Shown one piece after another: positions 1-8,721 of a stretch of DNA of 64,000 nucleotides. The stretch is from a virus. Its lineage: Duplodnaviria; Caudoviricetes. A model generated the notes under the pieces. That model searched no databases. It saw nothing but the letters and a program-made list of their open reading frames with translations, and was not told the origin of the DNA. The position numbers and the translations under genes were made by a program. Position 1 is the first letter of the stretch. Each line of letters begins with the position of its first letter. The DNA lies in IMG/VR virus record IMGVR_UViG_3300032321_001270, positions 141,189-205,188 of that record; one strand, written 5' to 3'.

Positions 1-209
1 TTGATGGTGTCGAGCCAAGCAGCTTTATCTGTTTCTGCAACAGAAATTGCAGAGCTGCGGCTAGCCGTCAACTTGACGATTTTTTTGTTGTCGCATTTGC
101 CGACGTTAGCAGCAGTCATGGCGATCATTTCAGCCGCCTTTCTGTCGGCAGCGTTGACAACAAATTGTTGGTTTTCGCTGTCGGTAATGTCGATGTGGTA
201 ATAAGGCAT
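1..209 (-). CDS. Hypothetical protein, runs off window edge (MPYYHIDITDSENQQFVVNAADRKAAEM...)
   Basis: ATG at 209 with GGAG 5 nt upstream; open to position 1; absent from the ORF track because truncated. Confidence 0.7.
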   Translation of the reverse strand, partial: MPYYHIDITDSENQQFVVNAADRKAAEMIAMTAANVGKCDNKKIVKLTASRSSAISVAETDKAAWLDTI

Positions 210-228
210 GTGTGCTCCAGTTAAATGA

Positions 229-262
229 GGAGGGCGCCGGGGCCGAAACCCCGACGCCCTCC
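229..262 (-). terminator. Stable intergenic hairpin (terminator or mRNA-stabilising/processing stem)
   Basis: GGAGGGCG-U-CGGGG / CCCCG-G-CGCCCUCC; the single mismatch is a G.U pair on the minus strand; loop UUUCGG; weak U-tract. Confidence 0.55.
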
Positions 263-296
263 ATGGCGTCAAAAGTAGTTACCTAGAGACGATAGT

Positions 297-635
297 TCAC
301 CGACAGCCGCAGCTGCTGCAACCACCGCGACAGGCGCGGCCGGCGCGAACAACGCGCACCGGAGCGGCGACGACCGCTACCGGAACTGCAATCGTCGCGC
401 GGGTTACCTTCCGCGTCCGTTCAATCGTGCGGCCAAACAGGGCGGGACGGCTCGAACTGCGGCAAGAGCTTTCCGTGCAACAGGTGCCTTCGGCGCACGC
501 CGTGACGGGCGCAGCCACAATTGCCGGCGCAACCACTACTGGCTGCTTCAGCACGCTCTGCGGTTCGCCGGCATCACCAGCGAGAGCCACGGACGAAACG
601 AACGCCAGAACCACCGCGACAAAACAAGACTTCAT
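297..635 (-). CDS. Small secreted-type protein: signal peptide plus Cys-rich segments
   Basis: MKSCFVAVVLAFVSSVALA signal peptide; CAEGTCCTESSC and CRGGCSSCGCR; strong AAGGAG RBS. Confidence 0.8.
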   Translation of the reverse strand: MKSCFVAVVLAFVSSVALAGDAGEPQSVLKQPVVVAPAIVAAPVTACAEGTCCTESSCRSSSRPALFGRTIERTRKVTRATIAVPVAVVAAPVRVVRAGRACRGGCSSCGCR

Positions 636-768
636 GTCAATCTCCTTGAACTACCGAACGAACGCTGCAGCACGCGCTGCAGCCACCCGACTGGTTGTAC
701 TACTTGTATAGCCAATCAGGATTTGGAATCAATCCCAATTTCAACCGTGAAATTAGGGTATTTTGAAA

Positions 769-1041
769 TTATGTGCCGTTTTGCACGACGCTCACGTTGT
801 GTTGCGTCATTTTTTCGTTGAGCCATTTATCCTCGGCCGCCAACGCCGCCGCCCGACATTTAAACCCGGTGAACAGCGGACCGCCGACTGGCGACAGGTC
901 TGCCATCCACTCTCCGGGCTTTTCTTCATTTGGTTCGACGTGGCTGGCCCTTTTGATATCAAGACTGCCCAGCGTAGACAAATCGATGTCTTCGCCGTAA
1001 AGGCACTGGGCGGTCCCATTTGGTCTGATGTAAATGTTCAT
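769..1041 (-). CDS. Conserved hypothetical protein (planctomycete-like, AAA/DUF3150 cluster associated)
   Basis: LYGEDIDLSTLG..I.RASHVEP...W.ADLSPVGGP motif recalled from Planctomycetota hypotheticals; coupled to upstream gene. Confidence 0.75.
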   Translation of the reverse strand: MNIYIRPNGTAQCLYGEDIDLSTLGSLDIKRASHVEPNEEKPGEWMADLSPVGGPLFTGFKCRAAALAAEDKWLNEKMTQHNVSVVQNGT

Positions 1042-2000
1042 ACGCCACCCATAGACATGAGACGTCTGGCTGGGACAAGCGCATCCATATTGACCGGCTG
1101 CGTTGTGGGCATCAGGTGGTTTAGCGCGCGGGCTCTTTGGCTCCGCGGTACATTATACGCCTGAAACTGATCGTATCGTTCAATGGTTGCCGCAGGGAAT
1201 ATTGCGTCCTCTGTGACCGAGATACGGTCGTAGCCGTTAGTGGATGTGGGCGGCCTGAAAATGATGCGGCCGCCAATCACCATGCAATGACCGCCAAATA
1301 CCAGCAGCGCGTTGATCGACTCGACATTTGCAATGACAGCAAAGTCAACGACCTTGAGCCGATTTTCGTCAAGTAGCGATGTGTCTGTGTTACCTTTGTA
1401 TAAAGACAGTTGATGCAGTTTGCTGGAAAGCACCTGCGCGTTGCCGGCGACAGTGACGTAACCCTGTAGCGTAGATTTGCACACGTGTGCGTCGCCTGCA
1501 ATATACGCAGCGCCCTCCATCGACGTCATCATGACAACCGCTTCGCCGGCAATCCTCGAATCGCCGCGCATGGTGCAGCTTTTAACCGTCGGGTTTCCGA
1601 GCACAATTGCACGATCCTGCAACACAGTGGAGCCCAGTAGCGTTCCGCCAATTACTCGCGCCATATGCAGCACGCGCGAATCATCAGCCGCCCGCGCTTG
1701 ACCACCAACATACGCCGTGTTTGTTACTTTTACGCGATCAGTGAGATGGGCATAACCACAAACCTGCGCTTTGTGCGTAATCTCTGCTCTACCTTCTACT
1801 ACTGCGTGGTGATATACCTGCGCAAATTTATTTACAAACGCTGTATCAGCTACTTTGGCTGTATCTGCAACCCAGCCGCCGCCGTTGGCGTGCCGGTGCG
1901 CAAAAACTCGACCAAGACCGTCTTTAAAATCGTGCTTGGACGCCCGTTTCTTTCGAATCTTCTTCGCGGTCGCCGTAGACGATGTTTCCTCCATTCTCAC
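1038..2000 (-). CDS. Hexapeptide-repeat (left-handed beta-helix) protein
   Basis: HRHANGGGWVADTAKVADTAFV followed by periodic A.V.G.A.[VIL] hexapeptides. Confidence 0.75.
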   Translation of the reverse strand: MRMEETSSTATAKKIRKKRASKHDFKDGLGRVFAHRHANGGGWVADTAKVADTAFVNKFAQVYHHAVVEGRAEITHKAQVCGYAHLTDRVKVTNTAYVGGQARAADDSRVLHMARVIGGTLLGSTVLQDRAIVLGNPTVKSCTMRGDSRIAGEAVVMMTSMEGAAYIAGDAHVCKSTLQGYVTVAGNAQVLSSKLHQLSLYKGNTDTSLLDENRLKVVDFAVIANVESINALLVFGGHCMVIGGRIIFRPPTSTNGYDRISVTEDAIFPAATIERYDQFQAYNVPRSQRARALNHLMPTTQPVNMDALVPARRLMSMGGV

Positions 2001-2941
2001 TCCATTCGCATGACGCGTCGGCGTGGCGCGTCGGTGATCAGGCTGTCGAGCGAAACCTTGAGATCGCTCATCTGAGTACGAAGGGTCTGCTGCATTTCTT
2101 CGTTCTTGCGCAGTTCCTTCGGGTCGACGCCGGCGACCAGCGCGTTGGCTTGATCAATCAACGCCTCAAGCTGCGCGTTCGACCGCACATTCATGTGACG
2201 GAAATTCTCGTAGAACTCTTTGAAGTTCTCGATTGTCGACGCGGTGAATACCTTTTTCTTGCCGTCCGGTTCTTCTGTGAGCCGCTCGATAAGATGCGTG
2301 ACAAGGCCCTGTAGCGTTTCTGCAAACGCGTCTTCGGCCATAGCCACGGCATTCTCAAATCGTCGTTGCACGCGGTTCTGCTCAGCCTGATAGACCCCCG
2401 GGTTGAGCGCCACAAGATAACGTGGCGGCTCGATCGGCGGGTACTCCCACGAGATATCAAAAACGCCTTCCAGCGTCGCCGGGTAATCGTTGGGATTAAA
2501 CAGGCTTCCAAGCTTTTCGCGGGCGGCATTTTTGATGGCGTCGTACTCAAGCTGCAGGTTTGCCACAGCGGCTGCGAGCTGATCTTTGTATCCGCTCATC
2601 GTTTCTTCAAAGCGCGCGACGTCTTCCTGCTTAATCAACCGCGTACCCTCTTGTGGATACGGCAGCGTAATACCGCGCCAAAAAGTCTGCGCCTGACTCT
2701 TGATCGCGGTGGCCGCGCGGTAGGCCGGATGCTTGGTGTCAATCAGTCTCTTCGACGCGGTGACCAGATCAGTCGCGGCGTCGAACGTGTCGGCAGCCTG
2801 CTTGGTCTGCGCATCTGAAAGCTTGCGCTGAGTGCCAAGCCACGAGAAGGAAAGCCGGACCGCGCCCATCGTCTGACGCAGATCGTTCGCTGTCTGCTCT
2901 ATTGAATTTGTTTCTGGTGTTGTAATTTCTGTTGTAGACAT
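1997..2941 (-). CDS. DUF3150-like protein
   Basis: AVRLSF.WLG..RKL...Q..AADTF.A....ASK.L.D..HP.Y pattern; helical C-terminus; cluster context. Confidence 0.65.
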   Translation of the reverse strand: MSTTEITTPETNSIEQTANDLRQTMGAVRLSFSWLGTQRKLSDAQTKQAADTFDAATDLVTASKRLIDTKHPAYRAATAIKSQAQTFWRGITLPYPQEGTRLIKQEDVARFEETMSGYKDQLAAAVANLQLEYDAIKNAAREKLGSLFNPNDYPATLEGVFDISWEYPPIEPPRYLVALNPGVYQAEQNRVQRRFENAVAMAEDAFAETLQGLVTHLIERLTEEPDGKKKVFTASTIENFKEFYENFRHMNVRSNAQLEALIDQANALVAGVDPKELRKNEEMQQTLRTQMSDLKVSLDSLITDAPRRRVMRME

Positions 2942-3520
2942 TCAGTCTTCCTCGTCTTCGTTAACCATCTCGTCAATATTGAACATTGTCACAAGATCTC
3001 GTGGCAGCGTACTTTCGACCGCGGCGACTGTGTCGGGTATTTCGTACTCCTGTATCGCGCCGTTGTCGTAGATGCCGCAGAAATTTAATCCCGGCTCAAA
3101 AAAGTACGCTTTGACATTAAAGCCGCGAGACTGTCGCATGTACTCAAAGAATTCAACCGGCGGGGACCACGCGGAATCAAACCGAAGATTTACACGAGTG
3201 GCTGTCGGTCGTAGCGCCTGCCGACGCGGAGCATCTTTTTCGCGGCCCACATCCCATTTTGTACCCCAGTGACCCACTTGCCATTCGTACCAGTTTCTAG
3301 CGCCGTAGAGCTGAATGTTTTGCTGCTCTTGCGCCTCTAACGTTATTTGCTCAGGCGATCCAGCCGGCCCAGCACAACCAGCTACGGTATTTTTTAGTTC
3401 TGGCGGGCACGGCATAAATGTGCCCATAAGTTGTCCGCTATTCCATGCGCGCACAATGTTATTTAATTCTTTCAGATCTTCGTGTTTAAACGTCACATAG
3501 TTGGTGCACCAGTTTGGCAT
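2942..3520 (-). CDS. DUF1281/YubB ferredoxin-like fold protein
   Basis: MPNWCTN start with GGAG RBS; NWYEW....WGTKWD and FDSAWSPP motifs. Confidence 0.75.
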   Translation of the reverse strand: MPNWCTNYVTFKHEDLKELNNIVRAWNSGQLMGTFMPCPPELKNTVAGCAGPAGSPEQITLEAQEQQNIQLYGARNWYEWQVGHWGTKWDVGREKDAPRRQALRPTATRVNLRFDSAWSPPVEFFEYMRQSRGFNVKAYFFEPGLNFCGIYDNGAIQEYEIPDTVAAVESTLPRDLVTMFNIDEMVNEDEED

Positions 3521-3544
3521 AGCGTCTCCGATCAGCAATCCGCA

Positions 3545-3570
3545 GCTGCGGGGCAGTGACGCCCCGCAGC
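3545..3570 (-). terminator. 10-bp GC hairpin downstream of the AAA ATPase
   Basis: GCTGCGGGGC-N6-GCCCCGCAGC; no clear U-tract. Confidence 0.4.
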
Positions 3571-3588
3571 CGCAGTATTGCCAATACT

Positions 3589-5073
3589 TTAGCCCTTGGC
3601 GGGCGCGGCCACGCGGCGGCGACCGGCGACCGGCACAGCGGCCTTACCGACACGCGTATAGATACCGCGCGTATCCGCAGACAGGCAGCGGCCCTCGGCC
3701 CACTGGCGCAAGCGCTCGATCTGCTCAGCAGACGTAACCGAAACCGGAACCACGTTCTGCGCCGCTTCGACGAGCGGGATGTCGAGCAGCGCCGCCAGAC
3801 GGCAGCAGCTCTTGATCTCGGCGCCAGTCCAGTTGGTGTCGTCGGGGCGCTCCTGTGAAGCGTCAACGCCAAACTGATTTAGATAGATATCCCAGATCGC
3901 CGACCGCTGGTCAGGGCCGGGCAGATCCACGAAGAAAATGCCGTCGAAACGCTCGGCGCGGGCGAACGGCGCGGGCAGCTGGCTCGCGTCATTGCAGGTG
4001 CCGATAAAGAACACGTCCGACGTGTGATCGTTCAACCACGTTAACAGCGTACCGAATAGACGCGCCGACACACCCGAGTCAGTCTGGCCGGAGCTACCGA
4101 CGCCCGCCAGACCCTTCTCGATCTCGTCGACGAACAGCACGCACGGCGCCATCGCGTCGACCTGTCGAAGCGCACGCCGCATGTTACCCTCGGACTCGCC
4201 CACGAACTTGCCCATGAGCGAACCGAAATCGAGCATGACGGTCGGACGACCTACTTCGTTACCAAGTGCCTTGGCAAACTGCGACTTGCCGCAGCCCGGC
4301 GGGGACAGCAGCAGTACACCCTTGGGGCGCTTGTCCACGTTCGTTTCGCCCTGACGCCGCATGGCGCGCAGGCAGAACGACTTGAGATTTTCAAGGCCGC
4401 CAAGGTTCTCGAAATTCGCGTCGCCGCGATACAGGGTCATGGTGCCGCTCTTTTCGAGCGTCTGCGCCTTGATGCCCCAGATCGTGTCCGGCGACAGTTT
4501 GTTATTACGCACCAGCGACAGCGCGTACGCGTTCTCGGCCTCCTGCCGTGTCAGACCGCGGGAAGCGTCTACGACAGCGTCAACTTCCTGCGCGGTCGGC
4601 TTGGTAAACGCGCAGCCTTCCGGGAACAGATCGTTGCATACCGTCGTGAGCTGCGAGAGATCCGGCAACTCGTGATGAACCACCGTGAACAGCTTTTCAA
4701 CCTCGGGCTGGAGCTGCAGAACCGGCGCCACAATGATGATGTGCTTGCCGTCGCCCTTGCCCTGCACAACCCGATTTGCCAGCGCCTGCAGAACCTCGGG
4801 GTTACCAAGGAACCGGTGGAAGTTCTTCAGCACCAGAAGCATCGGCTGCTTCGGCTGCGGCTGGTCAAGAAACCGGAGAGCCTGCAGCGGGCCGGGAGCC
4901 GGAGCAATACCCGAATATAACTGGCGGTCGATGTCCCAGACGTCGAAGCCCCATTCCTTCTCTTCGGTTACCCTGCGAATCGACGCAATCGCATCGTCGC
5001 ACTCCTGCGATTCAACCCAGATGCCGGAAAAGCCGGCGCAGACCAGCTCTTTGATTTCTTTTTCGAGTGACAT
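3589..5073 (-). CDS. AAA+ ATPase, Ycf46/SpoVK/Vps4-like (degenerate N-terminal AAA plus active C-terminal AAA)
   Basis: Walker A SPPGCGKS, Walker B VLFVDEIEKG, pore loop GKFVGESE, SRH-like ARAERFD. Confidence 0.9.
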   Translation of the reverse strand: MSLEKEIKELVCAGFSGIWVESQECDDAIASIRRVTEEKEWGFDVWDIDRQLYSGIAPAPGPLQALRFLDQPQPKQPMLLVLKNFHRFLGNPEVLQALANRVVQGKGDGKHIIIVAPVLQLQPEVEKLFTVVHHELPDLSQLTTVCNDLFPEGCAFTKPTAQEVDAVVDASRGLTRQEAENAYALSLVRNNKLSPDTIWGIKAQTLEKSGTMTLYRGDANFENLGGLENLKSFCLRAMRRQGETNVDKRPKGVLLLSPPGCGKSQFAKALGNEVGRPTVMLDFGSLMGKFVGESEGNMRRALRQVDAMAPCVLFVDEIEKGLAGVGSSGQTDSGVSARLFGTLLTWLNDHTSDVFFIGTCNDASQLPAPFARAERFDGIFFVDLPGPDQRSAIWDIYLNQFGVDASQERPDDTNWTGAEIKSCCRLAALLDIPLVEAAQNVVPVSVTSAEQIERLRQWAEGRCLSADTRGIYTRVGKAAVPVAGRRRVAAPAKG

Positions 5074-5086
5074 GTGTTTCCTTTAG

Positions 5087-5278
5087 TTAGTTGCTCTCGG
5101 CGATCTGCTCGTCGTTGCTGGCGTTGTAGAACTCGCCAGTCAGCTGCTCATCAACCTTGGCGCCCAGCGCCTGCTCCAACGCGCGGGTCGCATCCTGACA
5201 TGAACTACCGGTGTAGCCGCTCGTTTCGATCTTGGTGCCGCCCTTGGGGTCGACGATGATCTGGATAGTCTTGGTCAT
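5087..5278 (-). CDS. DUF2997 family protein
   Basis: I.IIVDPKG..KIETSGYTGSSC..AT.ALE.ALG motif; adjacent to AAA ATPase. Confidence 0.8.
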   Translation of the reverse strand: MTKTIQIIVDPKGGTKIETSGYTGSSCQDATRALEQALGAKVDEQLTGEFYNASNDEQIAESN

Positions 5279-5280
5279 GT

Positions 5281-5646
5281 TCAGAAACCTCCCGTCAGAT
5301 TGAGTTTGATGGAACCGTCCTGCAGCGTCTCTTCGTACACCGAATAGCCGCCCTTCTGAGCCTCGTAGATCGCCTTTTCAACCGCATACGCCTGCAGGAA
5401 CTTGTCCAGCTCCGCCTGCTTGCCCCACGCGCCGTTGTAGTTGTCGTAGTTTGCGGCGCCGGTCTCGGTATTAAACACGGCCGGATACTGCCAGCCGGGA
5501 AGCTTTACAGCCATGCCGTCGGCGCTCTGACCGGCGAACAGCACATGGTGCCCGGTCTTGGGCGCTTCCAGCCCTAGTCGACGGCACGCCGCTTCAACGG
5601 CCGCCGCATCCTTCACTTCCGTCTTGATCTGAACGATATGAGACAT
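5281..5646 (-). CDS. DUF1257 (Ycf35-like) protein
   Basis: MSHIVQIKTEVKD...AC.RLG N-terminus; DNY.G.WG; LQAYAVEKA..EA.K.GY.V.E. Confidence 0.8.
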   Translation of the reverse strand: MSHIVQIKTEVKDAAAVEAACRRLGLEAPKTGHHVLFAGQSADGMAVKLPGWQYPAVFNTETGAANYDNYNGAWGKQAELDKFLQAYAVEKAIYEAQKGGYSVYEETLQDGSIKLNLTGGF

Positions 5647-5648
5647 TG

Positions 5649-5969
5649 TTAGCCCCGTGTATCCTTTTTTGAAAGGTGATGTTGAAGTGCGCACATAATT
5701 GTGCTTTCAAATTGTTCGGGCGAGATGTAATCAGTGCCCGCAAAGTATTCCAATAAAGCAACCGCCGTTTTGCGGTCATATACAAACTTAAATTGCCTCG
5801 GTCCGCGCGGCGTGTCTAAATGGTATTCCGTGATGTCGTGCAACGTCACGACTTCAGGAATGGCCAACACGTCGCTGTATTCGCGGCGCAGCCTGTCTAA
5901 CGAGTCGAGCGCTGTTAAGATGCGCTCGCGATCTTCGTCTTGCAGTTTTTCTTCGTTGTATGGCGTCAT
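5649..5969 (-). CDS. Hypothetical protein
   Basis: Compact ORF in operon-like chain, 4-nt overlap with upstream gene. Confidence 0.6.
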   Translation of the reverse strand: MTPYNEEKLQDEDRERILTALDSLDRLRREYSDVLAIPEVVTLHDITEYHLDTPRGPRQFKFVYDRKTAVALLEYFAGTDYISPEQFESTIMCALQHHLSKKDTRG

Positions 5970-6307
5970 CGGTACGCCACAACCTCGGCGCGTGTTTCAA
6001 CCCAGACGTGCGCGCCACAAGAGAGCGGCGCGTCTGGCGAGTAGACAACCCGCGATTCTCCGCGGACGTCTACGTTTTTTGCTGCGTATGTTTTATTACG
6101 CCACTTTATGGTGAGCGGCGGTACGCGTATGTTTTGCTTTTTATTGTCTCGAATAATGTGCTGGTTAACGTGAATACGTTTAATTGTTCCAGCCGGCATC
6201 GTCATTTCATCGGCATCGCCCGGAAACCGGAGCGGAATGCGTGGTTCGAGCAGGCAGACATTGTCTGTCGCCATGGTCTGATCCTTTCGTCTGCAGAGGG
6301 CAGACAA
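5966..6307 (-). CDS. Conserved phage hypothetical protein (IHVNQHII family); start uncertain
   Basis: KRIHVNQHIIR.N and VVYSPD.PLSCGA.VW.ET motifs recalled from many phage genomes. Confidence 0.7.
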   Translation of the reverse strand: MSALCRRKDQTMATDNVCLLEPRIPLRFPGDADEMTMPAGTIKRIHVNQHIIRDNKKQNIRVPPLTIKWRNKTYAAKNVDVRGESRVVYSPDAPLSCGAHVWVETRAEVVAYR

Positions 6308-6377
6308 GATAAAGATATCTAACCCGCTGTGGTACCGGCCATCCGTGACCAGTACCTGCAGCGGGCAGATAATACGC

Positions 6378-7202
6378 TCAGCGGCTCATCATTGCGCCGA
6401 GCTGCTTGTGCGCGGTGAGAATTTCACCGGCCGTGTCGTAGCAACCATCGCAGGCTTCCAGAAACGCTGTCGCCGCTTTGAGCTGCCCCATCGGCAACAT
6501 CGTGGTCTTCGACGGCGCCGACTCGACGGCCCGATGCTTCGGAGTAACGCGAGGAGCCTCGGCCGCGCCGACGCGCTTGCCCTTTGCCGCAACGAAACTC
6601 TTTTCTTCCGATCCGGCCTTGACGCCGCGTTTGGTCGGCTTGACGCCGGCTTTCTTGAGCAACTGGCTCACCTGAGCCGGGCTCACAACAACGCGCTTCT
6701 TGGCGAGCGCCGCCACGATATCGACACCGCGCAGCGAGTCACCAGATTCCTGACGACGCTCGATTTCCTCGCGGATGTGATCGGCGCCACTCTTCTTATC
6801 AGCCATGGCATTCACTTTCTTTTTGGTGCCGGACGTTTCTTCGGCCGACACAGTGGGATCATCATCTTTGTCGCTCTCCACAACGGAGTCGACCTCATCA
6901 TCGCTTTCGTCAACTACCTCGTCGCCTTCTTCAGGTTCGTACTCAGTTTCGTCTTCGTCTTCTGTCGCGTCGCTTTCTTCAAGCTCAGCAGCTTCGACGT
7001 AGGCAGCTTCGTTATCATCTTCAAGGACCGCATCTTCTTCAAGCTCTGCATCGACGTCCAAGTCAATGTCGTCGTCTTCTTCGTTGGTCCGCATCCGTGG
7101 GGCCTTTTCTTCCTTCTTCTCTTTTGCTGGCTTGCTGGTAGATCCGGGCAGTGGTTTGCCCCACAGATTTGCGGGGCTGATCAGGTCATCAGCTTTCGCC
7201 AT
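6378..7202 (-). CDS. Bipartite protein: long acidic tract plus basic/helical C-terminus
   Basis: D/E-rich residues about 40-115; SGADHIREEI..RG.DIV.AL....SPAQVSQLLKK HTH-like segment; AGGAG RBS. Confidence 0.75.
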   Translation of the reverse strand: MAKADDLISPANLWGKPLPGSTSKPAKEKKEEKAPRMRTNEEDDDIDLDVDAELEEDAVLEDDNEAAYVEAAELEESDATEDEDETEYEPEEGDEVVDESDDEVDSVVESDKDDDPTVSAEETSGTKKKVNAMADKKSGADHIREEIERRQESGDSLRGVDIVAALAKKRVVVSPAQVSQLLKKAGVKPTKRGVKAGSEEKSFVAAKGKRVGAAEAPRVTPKHRAVESAPSKTTMLPMGQLKAATAFLEACDGCYDTAGEILTAHKQLGAMMSR

Positions 7203-7261
7203 AACGCTCTCTCCTAGTGCGCCGCGGCCGAAAACACTTCGGCTGTCCTGCGGCTAAATGA

Positions 7262-7289
7262 AAAATACATCCCAGAAAACAAAAAGCAA
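7262..7289 (-). promoter_or_regulatory. Possible sigma70-type promoter TTGCTT-N16-TATTTT
   Basis: AT-rich intergenic stretch upstream of the acidic protein gene. Confidence 0.3.
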
Positions 7290-7308
7290 CTCAACAGCAA
7301 AAATGCCG

Positions 7309-7671
7309 TTAATTACCTGTTTTATAGGCTTCGGGAATGTTGCCGTCGGCGTCCCGAAGTTTTCCGGCGTTTAGTTCTGGCCACTTCTGGTAAGAGTGGA
7401 TTGCGCCGAGCAGGTTCCAAGAAGCGTGCGCCAAATGGTTTTCTGAACGATCGCCGTTTAAAAAACTGTAGATGTGCGCGATCGCATGATTCAGCAGGTC
7501 CGAAACTGGCATTCCGTTTTCCCAGTTGTACGGACCAAATTTTTGCGCACCTTCGTGGTACGTTTCAGCTAAAGCGCGCAACGCCACCGGCGAGATCAAA
7601 TCGTATCGTACGGCATCACAGTCTGCGCTTCGAACGGCGCCAGTGTCGTACTCATGTCGCGCCGCGGTCAT
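7309..7671 (-). CDS. dATP/dGTP diphosphohydrolase N-terminal domain protein (DUF5664-like)
   Basis: TGAVR...RYDLI......GA.K.G..NWE.GMP......HA..H......D.SE.HLAHA.WN signature. Confidence 0.8.
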   Translation of the reverse strand: MTAARHEYDTGAVRSADCDAVRYDLISPVALRALAETYHEGAQKFGPYNWENGMPVSDLLNHAIAHIYSFLNGDRSENHLAHASWNLLGAIHSYQKWPELNAGKLRDADGNIPEAYKTGN

Positions 7672-7972
7672 GGTCAACCTTCGTGGGTTTGAATGAGAAA
7701 TAAAATCTCGGCTCGTCATTGAATGCGACGGTGCCGGCCAGCGCGTCACGTTTTCGAATCACGTGCACGTACGGCGGATCAAAGTGCGACACTTCGAATT
7801 CTTCTAGCAGTTGTTCGCTGTTCCACACCTGCTCGCCATATTGTTTTTTCAATACGTCTCGTATTTCGTCTGCGCCGCGTTTGGCTAATTGATCCTGCAG
7901 CACGTGAATCAGCGTCTGCCGCGCATTATCAAGCTTGATATGCGTTGCAAAATTTTCAACCTTGTTGGGCAT
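7652..7972 (-). CDS. Conserved hypothetical protein (planctomycete-like)
   Basis: YG.QVW....L.EEFEV..F..P.V.V.RK.D...G...F...PRFYF.F motif. Confidence 0.7.
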   Translation of the reverse strand: MPNKVENFATHIKLDNARQTLIHVLQDQLAKRGADEIRDVLKKQYGEQVWNSEQLLEEFEVSHFDPPYVHVIRKRDALAGTVAFNDEPRFYFSFKPTKVDHDRGAT

Positions 7973-8414
7973 TTGTGGTGTCGTCTGGTGCAAGCTTGTC
8001 CAGTGCGTCTTTCTGTGTTTTGATTTGTTCGGCAACATGCGCAGCATACTGGTCAAGCATACGAATCTGGCCAACGAGATCTTTGTGCACATCGACGCTG
8101 AATAGCGACAGCCGCCTGAGCAAGCTCAGAAGACTGGATGTAAACGGCGGTTCTTTGATGCGCAGGCTAAGAATGCCGGGAGGCGCGTTCTCGGGCTGCG
8201 AGTTCCATAACGGAACTAATGCAATCCCGTGTAGTTCAGGTACAGCAGCTAAGAGCGCGTCGCAAAATTCTTCACTGCGTTTCATAAACTCGACGTCAAA
8301 TGATAATCGCGTTTGCGCGTTTTCTGGTTGCTGATCTGTTTGCTGCGGCGCATCCATGTAGTAAAAATCCTTGTTATTGGGTATATCTCGATTCTTTCGG
8401 GAGAAGGCCGTCAA
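7956..8414 (-). CDS. Hypothetical protein
   Basis: ORF overlapping both neighbours; C-terminal coiled-coil-like segment; start uncertain. Confidence 0.6.
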   Translation of the reverse strand: MTAFSRKNRDIPNNKDFYYMDAPQQTDQQPENAQTRLSFDVEFMKRSEEFCDALLAAVPELHGIALVPLWNSQPENAPPGILSLRIKEPPFTSSLLSLLRRLSLFSVDVHKDLVGQIRMLDQYAAHVAEQIKTQKDALDKLAPDDTTNAQQG

Positions 8415-8721
8415 GCACGTTCCCGAGACGCGTGGCGGCCAGACTGTAGATCACCAGCCGGACGCACACGTCAAAAATACCGCCGATATTGTTTCCTGCC
8501 AAGAGCAGCAAAAACAGATAAAACGGCGCATGATATGACTTGCAGAACGGGCAGTTGATCAGTTCCAGTATTTTTCCGCGCAAACTGTCGTATGGGGTCA
8601 CATCTTGCCACGCCTGCGCGTACGCGCGAGCTGTTTCAAAAATAGATCCCTTGTGCCAAACTTCAATAATTGCGCCTGCGGCCAGCGTGACTGCAAAAAA
8701 ATCAAACAAAGTTATTGTCAT
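8374..8721 (-). CDS. Membrane protein, DUF1360-like
   Basis: Hydrophobic helices flanking ELINCPFCKSYH (CxxC) motif. Confidence 0.6.
   Translation of the reverse strand: MTITLFDFFAVTLAAGAIIEVWHKGSIFETARAYAQAWQDVTPYDSLRGKILELINCPFCKSYHAPFYLFLLLLAGNNIGGIFDVCVRLVIYSLAATRLGNVLDGLLPKESRYTQ

Noticed and set aside
6345-7217. 290-aa plus-strand ORF
   Set aside because: Antisense to the acidic protein; Phe/Val/Leu composition is the mirror of D/E codons
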